Source: Amoebidium appalachense (lineage: Eukaryota; Protista; Ichthyosporea). From it: a stretch of 64,000 nt of DNA. Within the stretch, counting starts at the first letter, position 1. Each line of letters begins with the position of its first letter. The translations under genes and the position numbers were made by a program. The stretch spans positions 3,364,907 through 3,428,906 of the forward strand of contig CAVNZM010000001.1 in the NCBI GenBank assembly GCA_963693365.1. The letters run 5' to 3'. The notes beneath the pieces were generated by a model that saw only the letters and a program-made list of their open reading frames with translations, was not told the DNA's origin and made no database searches. This document shows, in pieces, positions 49,489 through 64,000 of this stretch.

Positions 49489-49708
49489 ACACTCTTCTCA
49501 GCCTTTGTTCGAGCCCCTTGCTGAAAGCTTGCCATCTGCCCCCGTTCTTCCACCTCTACAGACACCCACCCACTCACCAAACCCCCCCCCCCCTCCCCCT
49601 CTTTTTTACTTCTCTTCTTTTAGTACGTGAGCTCTTGAGATGGCCACACACAGACCCAGCGACGGGAAACGTCTGCAGCCCACCGACCTCCTCCATTCCC
49701 TTCCCCTC

Positions 49709-49774
<66 letters not shown>

Positions 49775-50142
49775 AGGGAGGGAGCCTGCCCCTTCATCGA
49801 CCGAGGCCACCCAGCTAGCCACTGCCAACAGCCCAAGCGGACCGGTCCCCCCCCGAGAGGTTGGTAACCCCACCCACCAATCAGATGGTCGTTGGAAAGT
49901 GAATGGACCAATCACATGAAACCTTGAGTATTGTACCTGCAATCTGTTGGCAGGCCTTCTGAGAATACTATGTTTTGCTATTTGTTCCTCGTGCGCAGTT
50001 TCTCGTTATGGCATTACTATGAAGGAACAGAAAGACTTGGTGCTGATCTGACGCCTTACCTCCCCTCCCCTCCCCCCCCCTCCCCTCCCCCCCCCCCCCC
50101 CCCCCCCGGCGCCCCCCCCAAAAAAAGAAGAAGAAGAAGAAG

Positions 50143-50217
<75 letters not shown>

Positions 50218-50413
50218 AAGAGAGAAGAAAACAAAAAGAAAAAGAAAAAACAATACTATCCTCTCCATTCTTCGTTTATGTTCTCCGTTTTTCTTTTCCA
50301 TCTTCAATGTTGCTCAGAGACTAATAAAGAGCGCCCATCTCCACCCTACCCCCCGCCCCAATCTCATTCCAAACACACATATACACAAATATACCAACGT
50401 GCGCATGCGCGCG

Positions 50414-50475
<62 letters not shown>

Positions 50476-51219
50476 AAGTAGCTGCAGCGCTCCACCTGCA
50501 AGCGTTGACTTGCAGGGGACCATATCTGTGGCTCTGAGTGAGCCAATGGGTCTGTGGCCCATTTAGGTAACGGCAGGTGGTTGTGGCTCTTCTATCTTTT
50601 CTATTTTTCGTTTCCAGGGGCCCTTTCCCTTCCTCCCTTTTCCTTGTGCCGTTTTGCTGTGTTCAGTGTTTATCGCCCACGCTCCCCCCATTACCGCATG
50701 AGGGGTATGTGGGTGCAGGTAAGTGCGTTTGTTTACGTGTCTGTGTTGCATTTGCCTGCCTGCCCTTGTGTACCGTGTGTGGTTGTGCCTTTTTGCATCT
50801 GCTTTTTTGTTTGCACACTGCTGACTCGAACAACACACACACACAGACATTCGTTAGACGGACTCAGACACACACACACTAGGTGCCTACAGCCATATGC
50901 ACTACACCCCTGCCCACCCACACACATGCACGTCCCCTCCCCTCCCCCCCCTCCCCCTTCCTTCTTTCCTTCTCTATTTTTCCGTCCCCCCCGTCACGTC
51001 CCTACCGGTTTGGCCCGGAGCGCAGCCCTCTGCCGGCGAGAGAGGACCCGTTCCCCCATATTTCATCCCAGAGGGCAAGGCCCTTGTAGGTTTGGGCGGT
51101 TGGTGCCGCATGCAACCGTGGCTGGTGATGGTGAGCCTTTGTCCCCCCCCCCCCCCCCCCCCTCTCTCTCCCCACCACCACCACCACCACCACCACCACC
51201 ACCACCCCTCCCCCCCCCC

Positions 51220-51250
<31 letters not shown>

Positions 51251-52048
51251 ACACACCTCCCCGGTATGTACTTTTTCTTCTTGCAGTCGAACCCGTGTAG
51301 GTTACATGTCTTAAGTTTAGAAGCAGCAGAGTTAGAGTTGATGAATGTGAGGGATATCCGGGGAGAGACACAGGCAGAGGTTTCCCGTTGTGCCGTTTCC
51401 TTACCTGTTCCTCTTTCTCTCTTCTCTTTTCCTTTATCCTTCTGTCCGCCCCCAATAGGAACGAAGGATAGGCTGGAGGAAAGAGAGAATTTGAAGTACA
51501 AGTGTTAGATGTATTTTATTATTTTTTTTTTCTGTTGATTGAACCAGCGAAATTGTTATCGTTGATATGTACACAGATAACTACCAGTTGGCCATCGATC
51601 CATGAAGAGGCAGTGGCTGTGTTTTGCTGGTGGTCCCCACCATGGTTTGTTGGTTTGCCGCTGCGAAGATTTATCTGTTCTGTGATCTGACACGCACACA
51701 CACGCACAGGTGACCGTCGTCGTATGGAGGTGCAGGACCCTTCGTGGGTGACTTGGATGGCCTCTTTCAACACACAATCTAGGCGGTGTGTGCCCCCCCT
51801 TCCCCCCCCCCCCCCCCCCCCCCCTACCCCACCCCACCCCACCCCCACCCCCCCCCCCCACCCACTCCCCCTCCCTTTTTGCTTTTAGTTTTTAGTGTTT
51901 TAGTTTCTTTGTACGTGACGAAAAGGGGAGCCGGGGCCTTGGCATTCGGGATGTGTCTCTGTTTTTATGTGTTTTTATGTGTATGGGTGGGGTGGTTGGT
52001 TGGTTGGTAGTGTGTTTGTGTGTGTGTGGTTGGGGGGGGGGGGGGGGG

Positions 52049-52122
<74 letters not shown>

Positions 52123-52419
52123 GGAAGACGGGGGCAAGGGGGGGCGAAGGGAGGGGGGAAGGATGGAGATGGAGAAATAGAACACTGGCTGACTTTTTTG
52201 TTTTCAGGGCCAGACCATGTGGTGGGAAAGCAGACGAGAATCCGGTGGAGGGATGTGATTGGTGGAGGCGTGCAAAAAGACGCCAAAAAGAACAGAGGAG
52301 ACACGGCATACAAGCGGCTGATTGGCTGATTGGCTGGACGGCTGGCAATGTTTTGATTGGCTGTGGATCACGGGGTGGGCCGATGGGATGGGTGGCCAAA
52401 TGAACGGCTGCATTATTAA

Positions 52420-52452
<33 letters not shown>

Positions 52453-53044
52453 TTGAGGCAGAGGATATGACGGAGTGAAGGCTTTTTTGTGGACTTTTTC
52501 GTTTCAGGTGCACGTCAAAGTGAGTTGGACGTATTGGTGTTGTTTGTGCTGGAATGGAGTCCAAATAAGGAAACACTCGGAAGGATAAGATGGATGTTGT
52601 GGAGTAGTGGAGAAGGTGGAATAGGAAAAGGAAAAGTGTTCTTGCGGTTTCTTTGTGTGTTTTGGATAACAGAATACGTAACAACCATCGGTACATAGGT
52701 GTCAAATATAAATGTACAGATTATATATCATGTAGTATATTTTGTGTATGAGGTGGTCCTCATGCAAATGCAGTGCTGTAAAATGGTCTGATTTAGCGTG
52801 TAGTGTCTGTAATGGATGTGTGGGTTTGTGATTCGATCAACTAACTTGAATCGAATGGCAAAACCAGGTGCCGTTTTCAAAGCATAGCAGGCTACAAGAT
52901 GGGCTTGTGATGTATGGGCCAATATAGTGTAGTTTGTAATAAGTATTGTGCATAGGTGCATGTATATAGACTGTGATATAGATACGATGTTAATGACAAA
53001 AACGTGAAAAAAAAAAAGTGAAAAAAAAAAATAAATTAAAAAAA

Positions 53045-53084
<40 letters not shown>

Positions 53085-53088
<4 letters not shown>

Positions 53089-53251
53089 ATACGCTGATTT
53101 GTAGTACTACATATCTCGAAATTCAATGGACATGTGACATAAAAAAATAAAAAATAAAAAGGGAAAAGAAAGATGTACTTGCTTGTACATCTCTCGAATC
53201 ACATGTAAGATAACATACAAATCATTAGAAAGTAAAAAAAAAAAAAAAAAA

Positions 53252-53284
<33 letters not shown>

Positions 53285-53493
53285 TATGCTGGCTCGTACA
53301 TAATCTCGAATCATACGTAGACATTAACAAAAATAAAAAAAAATAAGGGGGGGGGGGGGGGGGGGAATATGCTGGTCTGTACATGTACATAACTCGGATT
53401 ACATGTATGAGTAGCTTTAAGTTATAAAATATATGAACAAAAAGAAATAGTGAGAGGGAGGGAGGGAGGGAGGGAGGGAGGGAGAGAGGGAGG

Positions 53494-53547
<54 letters not shown>

Positions 53548-53765
53548 TAGAGACATCGAGAGAGAGAGAGAAGGATATGCTGGCTTGTACGTAAGGATCC
53601 TCGGATATCGATTACTACAGGTCACAGCCTAAGTTACTGCAACTTAAAAACTATTAATTCTGAAAAGTCCCAAAGAAACAAGGACGGCTGGCTTGTATTT
53701 AACCCGAACTTTCGTGACTTCAAAAAATAGGAAGTTGAAAGCAGACATATGCTGGATAGCTATAT
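53085..53765. repeat. Degenerate repeated unit ATATGCTGG..GTAC..TCTCGAATCA.ATGTA interleaved with An/Gn tracts
   Basis: Copies near 53089, 53284, 53368, 53575 and 53748. Confidence 0.6.
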
Positions 53766-54600
53766 CCAATATAGGACTGTAGCTTGGTGAGATATCCAAG
53801 ACTCTGGGTGCAGCTAGGGGGAGATATCAACATAGAGGTGCGGCTGGGGAGATGATATAATTATTGGGATGCAACGGTTAGGGGATAGTATCCGTTTTTG
53901 GGGTGCAAATAGATACATTATCCAATTAAAGGTACGTTTGGGTGACTCGATAACCGTTTTAGGGGTGCAATTAGTTAAGGGTCGGGGGTCGGGGGGGCCG
54001 GGAGAAGGCACGAAAGCGGCAATCTGTCAAGGGTCGGGGGAGGGGGGGGGGGGGGGGGGGGGGGAGGGGGGGGAATAGGGAGAAACGATATTTTGGGGGG
54101 AACGGGTGCCAGTGGGAATGTAACAGGACCGGTAGGACCGAATTATTTCTACATGGGGGGGTGATGGGGAAGCGTGCATTGAGGGGAGGGAGGGGCGAAA
54201 GCGACAACCTGTTAAGGGCCCCGCGGGGGGGGGGGGGGGGGGGGGGGGGTGGGGGGGGTGGGGGGGAAGGGAATCAGGGGGGATGATTTGAGGGGTGGGG
54301 ACGGATGGGGAAAGTAGCAATAGGTAGACACAGACATACTGAGTTATAGGTGTGAGTAGGGGACTCTGATATCCAATTTATAGGTGCGGCTAGGGGATAT
54401 ATCCCGTTGTAGGTTGGCTAGGGGATATATCCAATTATCGGTGCGAATAGTGGAGAAATCCAATCAGATTTTATGGGTGCGGCTAGGGGAGATTTTCGTC
54501 GATTATAGGTGCGGTTAAGGGAGATACTATATTATAGGTGCGAATAGGGGGAGATATCCAATTATAGGTGCGGCTAGGGGAAAAAAATTTAGGGGTGCAA
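53765..54600. repeat. ~30-bp degenerate tandem array ATAGGTGCGGCTAGGGGAGATATCCAATT, resembling subterminal repeats
   Basis: About 6 diverged units at 53765-53975 and about 8 units at 54345-54600. Confidence 0.8.
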
Positions 54601-55019
54601 AGTGAATATATAACGGTTAGGGTAGATATTCAGTTTATGGGTGACGCTTCGGACCGGATTTTGGTGTGGCCCCGAGGGGGTGGGGGGACTCTGAAAAAGT
54701 TTTAAGGGGGGAACTGCAAAAGGGGGAGTGGGGGGGCACAGGGGGGGGGGGGGGGGGGGGGGGAGAGAGAGAGAGAGAGAGAGAGAGACTCAGTCAGGGG
54801 GAGATAAGAGTAGGGGGAGTGAACACTGATGATAGCTTCCTCCAATGGCATAACCTACTTAGTAGGTCACCGGGTGTTCGGCGAACCCAAATCCCACACA
54901 CTCAGGTATTTCAATAAAGAAATAGACTTTGATGCCAATGTATCATGTGATTCAAGAAGGATTAGCCTACCACGACGATAGGATGATAGGCCACTGTAGT
55001 TAAGCTTTATTGTTAAAGC

Positions 55020-55409
55020 TTAAAAAAAAAAAAAAAAGCACCAATTAGATTAGGCAAACATCTTACGGGTCGATTTTCAAAATCAGCCCGGATTAGGATG
55101 AAAATTTCATGGTGAATTAATATAGCAATAACAGAAAGCATTTACCAAACACTTCAATCAGTGTACTCCTAACAAAGGATTTGGGACTCGCATCAAAACA
55201 TTGTCAAGAGGCTCTTTGAAAAATACGCGTTTGCTACCAAATGAAAGAAATTTTGTGCTTTCTACCCGGTCCAAATAAAAGGAAATTATGCACTTCGCAC
55301 CCTCATGCTATTCTATTTCAACACTCCAAATTAGGCTAAATGCCGCCGCCACCGGCGGGTCCTTGCAGCATTTAAGGTTGGCGGCAGCAACCAGAAATTA
55401 AGGGTCTAG
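55020..55409 (+). mobile_element. Possible non-autonomous Helitron-like element, 3' end
   Basis: Short hairpin GGTTG-GCGGCAG-CAACC (~55376-55393), then ~13 nt, then CTAG (55406-09) followed by T; AT-rich body. The 5' end is not defined. Confidence 0.3.
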
Positions 55410-55578
55410 TTGTATGTCAATCCGAACAACGTAACGGAAATAGGCTAATAGTATCCGATTTCATAACCATACCATTCCCCCCACCCCTCCCCCCCTTTCC
55501 CCCCCTGCCCCCGGCCTCCCCCCCCCCCCCCCCCCCCCCCTCCCCAGTCCCCCCCCCCTCCGCATGCATACGCACACG

Positions 55579-55645
<67 letters not shown>

Positions 55646-55699
55646 ACACACACCCACACACCCACACACACACACACACACACACACGCTGCGCTGAGG

Positions 55700-55775
<76 letters not shown>

Positions 55776-55961
55776 GCCTTGTCAACGGGACCGTTTACAC
55801 CATTATTTATCCAACTTGAATCAAGTTTCAAAATCCCCTTCTACACATACCAAGATGATCGGGCGCCACCCAAAATCATCATCAAACGATTTGCCCGCAG
55901 GCTGCCTAAATTAGAAGTCCCATCTATGATTGGCCCTTTAAAGCACAATTACACCGATTAA

Positions 55962-59702
<3,741 letters not shown>

Positions 59703-60815
59703 CGTAAGTGCAAAAAGGAGCGCTCGTGGTGACCGTCACCACCGGTGCCAATCACCGGTCATGTGTGGCGCAGTGCCGGCACCCCCGGCGAAAAAACGGC
59801 AATCGCACGGCACCGTGTAGAAACGTTGCCACGTGGAGTCGAACCCAGGCCCGGAAAAGGTTGAGTAAAGGGGTCAATAAATTCGCGGTGTTTTTGTAAA
59901 TGCACCGGGCGAAAAATTGGCGAAACGGTTGGCTTGGTGCGGGCCGGGCAAGACCGTTTATGATCATGCAACAACACCCAAGTTAGGACTCTGAAAGGAG
60001 GAAATATTCGTTACACGTGACAACTCGAGCACTCGCACAATCTAGTTTCTGCCGTGTGTGTTGCCAGGCACATTTTCGGTAGTGAGCTTGAAGCTCAGCA
60101 GTACATATGCCGATACGTGGCACAAACTCAAGAAACAGAGGCTGCGGTTTTAAGCATGAAGTTCCTCGTACTATTGAAGTTGAAATCGCCCGGCGTAGTA
60201 CGGCCCGGTACCGTGTTATTCCGTAGCCAGGCGCCGGCAGACCACTTCTTGCAGATGTTGTTACAACCGGCGGTGCCTTGCCGATTGTTGCGTCACGTCG
60301 TAACACTGATGATAGCTGAACACCCTCCTGCGTGCGACAAGGTAGCCTATGTGGAAGGACGAAAGGAAAACGTCAGAAAGGCCTTCACCTTGAGTCTGTG
60401 CACAAGAGCCTCGGAAAACAAATTGCAAGTGCGTGACCCTATAGTCAGATTCAATTTACCACAACTCTAAGGGGGGGAAAACCTTCGACGGGCTGTGCGA
60501 AAATCACAACAAAACTGGCAGTTAACATTCTGAGGGTGCATGTATGATACAGAAGGAACATCGGATGCAATTGCTAACTCAGTGGCATAGTACTCAATGA
60601 CCAAAAAGGCTATGGGTGATCAAGTTATATATATATCATACCTGTTAACGGTTTTTTGACACAGCAACTGGGGCATGCGCAGACTGAAATTTAAAACTGC
60701 GTGTACAAGGGAGAAAAAGTCAAAACTTTGGCAACACATTTAGTAATAATAAATTAGTTAAACGAGTCTTCAAGGCAGCGGGGCGATAGTATCGTTGGTC
60801 TGACTCGAAATACCC

Positions 60816-60858
<43 letters not shown>

Positions 60859-61889
60859 AAAAAAAAAAAAAAACAAACAAAAAAATACAGACACTTTTTT
60901 TTTCTTCCTTTGAATCAGACTAAATGAATAAGAGCACAAAAATTTATATGTTGCACACCTGACGGTGACCCCGTCACAAAAACTCACCATAACTTCAGCC
61001 ACACAGTGTTGACGGTCCTGTCATTGATATTCAAGAAATGCAGCTGGCCCAGAAACAAAACCAAGAACTTGAGCTCGCATTCCGAACTTCGTTGACGACT
61101 TTTTTTTTTTTTTTTTTTTTTTTTTGGTGATCACGACAGGCCGAAGCACTGAGTTGTCAGCCAACACTTAGAAGAAATCCTCAGAATTCGCTGATCATGA
61201 CAGGGAGCAGGGACTCAGTCTGCCAGTTCAAGTCAATGACATAATAACTTGATGGGTAAGTTATTATACCGTGCCTACTGTACCTTCATATTTATACAAA
61301 AAATTCACAGCGAATGCATGAACGGGGCACGCAGAATGCAGTGCAAGAAGGCTAGGCCGGTGGTGTTGGGCCGCTACCGGGTTGAAAGTTTTCGAAGGAG
61401 ATCTGGAGAGTTTGCAAGGGCCCTCGGGAAACTCTTGGCACACAGGCTAAAAACTTACCCGGTCTGGCGGCCGTGTGACGTCGCCGCAGCCTGCCGCCGT
61501 TCCTTCGTGTAGTTGCTGCCTGGGCGTTGTGTTTTTGGACTTCGCTATGTGGGACCGGCTGGTGTGCCCTTCGTGCGTGCCCATTGAAGTTCTGTGTTCA
61601 CGACTAAATCACGAGGCTGAAACGAGCTCGGCTGCATGCACCATATCGTCAACAGAAAGAGGCGGAAAACTTTCCTTGCATTGCCGTGACGTGCTATCAT
61701 AAAAAGCCAACTTTGAGTGTGGACGGTCATCCGAGTCGACGAGATTGGTGATAGGTATTCTGCAGCCAAGAGATCATACGCGAGAAGGCTCGAAAATTTA
61801 AAAAATCTGGAAAAAGGTGTTTCGTATGTCTTGCATTTTCCTAGATTCTATTAGTTATTTTCGGACAGTGTTCATCTAAAGTTATCACA

Positions 61890-62195
61890 ATCGCCCGCCA
61901 ACCAGACAGGTTGGTCGAAAATATCCCTTGGCATATCCCAAACTGCATTCCAAAATTGGGATAGCCCATTTGAAAAGTAAGGGTATGTTGCATTAATGGC
62001 ACATGTAGATCAACGGCTTTGCGATTGGTTTACAGAGATGGGCTTTTCTCCCGGACACACCTGCGTTTTAAGCCTATGTAAAAAAATCCCGCATCTCCAC
62101 AGGATATTTAGGGGCCCTCGGGGTATGGGATATATCCGGATATTTAGGCAGTTTTGGGATAGTTTCAAATGATATTTAGGGAGGGGCGGGATTTC
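61890..62195. repeat. Block with GGATATTTAGG/GGGATAG motifs and inverted internal copies (MITE-like)
   Basis: ATCCCAAACTGC (~61935) is an inverted match to GCAGTTTTGGGAT (~62148); GATATTTAGG occurs x3 at 62102-62180; related motifs at 62530-62620. Confidence 0.45.
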
Positions 62196-63236
62196 ATCGC
62201 CGCTGGTGCCACTTTTGTGCTGACCTTTTTGATCGCAAGCATGTTGATAGGTGTGAATTTTTATGTCGCGTTTTACCTCTTTCCCTACGGGTATCTGCTA
62301 CACTAGCTGGCAATGTGAACACTTTAGACTTTTTGTTGAATTCTGTTGGTCGTCACATTGAGTATTTATATGATTTTCACACAGTGTTCAGGTATCTCAG
62401 TATGCACTTGTTACTGGATAACTCGTGAAGTTTTAATTGTCTTCTCAGTATGCCGTGCATACTTGCATATCTTTCCGTCGAATGAATCCAGTCAAAAGAA
62501 AAAAAAGATTTCCAATCTATCCACAGGGGGTGGATATATCCCGGTCGAGCGCTCAGGATAGATTTAGGTATCCCGTGGGTTTAGGGATATATTATATATG
62601 TTTGTGGCCAGGGATATCACAGTTTTTTGTTATTTTTTATTATTATTTGTGTCTGTGAGTTATACGGCAACTAGGCAGTGGCACATCATACGCTTGACCA
62701 ATGAAAAATACAGGCCAATGGCAGCCGTACAAACAAACCGTCAAAGACCCTGCGTTTAAAGGGGGGTTTGCACAGTACCAGTAAATTGAGAATTAAATAA
62801 GTGGCTTCTCTTATTTCATAGAGAACGGCATCAGAATAATTTCGAGCTCCTTCAGTCAGGGACTCCCACTAGTCGTCGAGTAGTCGACCTTTTCATAACA
62901 GCATACACTGCCACACCTAGCATTGTAGAGTTTTGAATTTGATTTTCTAAACAAAAGAAATAATTATTATTAGTCTTTCATTAAATAATAAACATGCAGC
63001 ATATAAACTATGTATGTGTAGTTGTCCGTGAAGATCCCTCAGAGACCCTCACGCACAAAAACGCTTGTAAGTTTACGGGGATTTGAACATGGCGGACAGT
63101 CTACTGCCAATTATTTTTTTGCAATTTGGCGGGCTGCGTTCTCAATGGCTAGCTTTGGGCGCACGAATAATAATTCACGATTCAAAAAGGATCATCTTTA
63201 CACCAATCAATGGCCTTCCCTCTAAATTTAAGCAAT

Positions 63237-63295
<59 letters not shown>

Positions 63296-63330
63296 ACCCA
63301 CCCACCCACCCACCCACCCACCCAACCACA

Positions 63331-63438
<108 letters not shown>

Positions 63439-63464
63439 TGATACTTAGGCTGAGTCTTCGAAAT

Positions 63465-63712
63465 ATTATGGATACCGGCCCGCCGGGCTAAGTTTAGCAC
63501 CGGATATTAGCCCGGATATTTAGGCTTCAGCGAGAGAAAAATGATATTTCTCGGGATAGATAGGGGCCCAAGAGATAGATGAACTTGATATTTAGGTCCA
63601 TTTTTCGGGATTTCCGGGATATGATCTATGATATTTAGGTAGGTTTTGTGATAGATCGGGAGAAAAGCAATATGAGATTTAGGTAGTTTTTGGGATAGAT
63701 TTACATAGACCT
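63465..63712. repeat. Second block of the GGATATTTAGG...TTTTGGGATAGAT repeat family
   Basis: GATATTTAGG at ~63515, 63588 and 63630; GATTTAGGTAGTTTTTGGGATAGAT at ~63676. Confidence 0.55.
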
Positions 63713-64000
63713 ACCAGTGCGCATGACCTTGACCCAGTTCCAAGTAAAGAACTAATTGGTGATGTGCTCATTTCTCATTGCTCTACGTACCTGTGAAAGA
63801 TAGGATAAATTATTGTTGTGAATTATTAATTGAAAGGCCCGAAAACATGAAATGCGAAAGCAAGTGCACGTGTCATGAATAATTCCCTTTATAGTATGAT
63901 ACCGTAGATCTAGCTTCATTTTCTATGTTAGATGATGAGATCTCCATTTATGGTCATCAGGCCATTTACGCAAATCGCTGCTGGATCCTCTCGATTTCGA

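Noticed and set aside
59833-59849. tRNA or SINE suggested by a B-box-like GGTTCGACTCC (minus strand); similar GGTTCGATC at ~32169
   Set aside because: No paired T-stem, A-box or cloverleaf.
60054-60470. 138-aa non-repetitive ORF
   Set aside because: No ATG start context, splice chain or recognisable motif; it cannot be supported as a gene.
61249-61830. GC-richer, coding-looking segment
   Set aside because: All frames are interrupted and no domain was recognised; possibly a decayed TE or gene fragment.

Overview
Eukaryotic genomic DNA with many introns. It is saturated with (CA/GT)n microsatellites and long poly-C/G and poly-A/T tracts, so almost all ORFs in the supplied track are repeat artefacts. 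The organism cannot be identified from sequence alone; a unicellular eukaryote or basal opisthokont is only a guess. Manual splicing with phase checks gave four multi-exon protein genes: (A) a minus-strand acidic low-complexity protein running off the left end; (B) a plus-strand DUF6729-like, probably transposon-derived protein with two C-x2-C-x4-C-x8-C motifs (9441-16052); (C) a minus-strand GT8 glycosyltransferase resembling plant PGSIP7/8 (at least 10 exons, 31351-21058); (D) a minus-strand ankyrin plus GATA zinc-finger protein (59702-55962), hidden by an intron inside the finger and a homopolymer frameshift. There is also a disabled multi-exon protein kinase gene (~42.8-49.2 kb, possibly longer), a degraded 5'-truncated LINE (~16.9-18.3 kb), a dispersed intronic repeat family and several minisatellites. 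The most unusual non-coding structure is a foldback cluster at 35.8-36.4 kb, where a 248-bp hairpin element carries a copy of its own reconstructed empty target site at its centre. No rRNA, tRNA or CRISPR array is supported.
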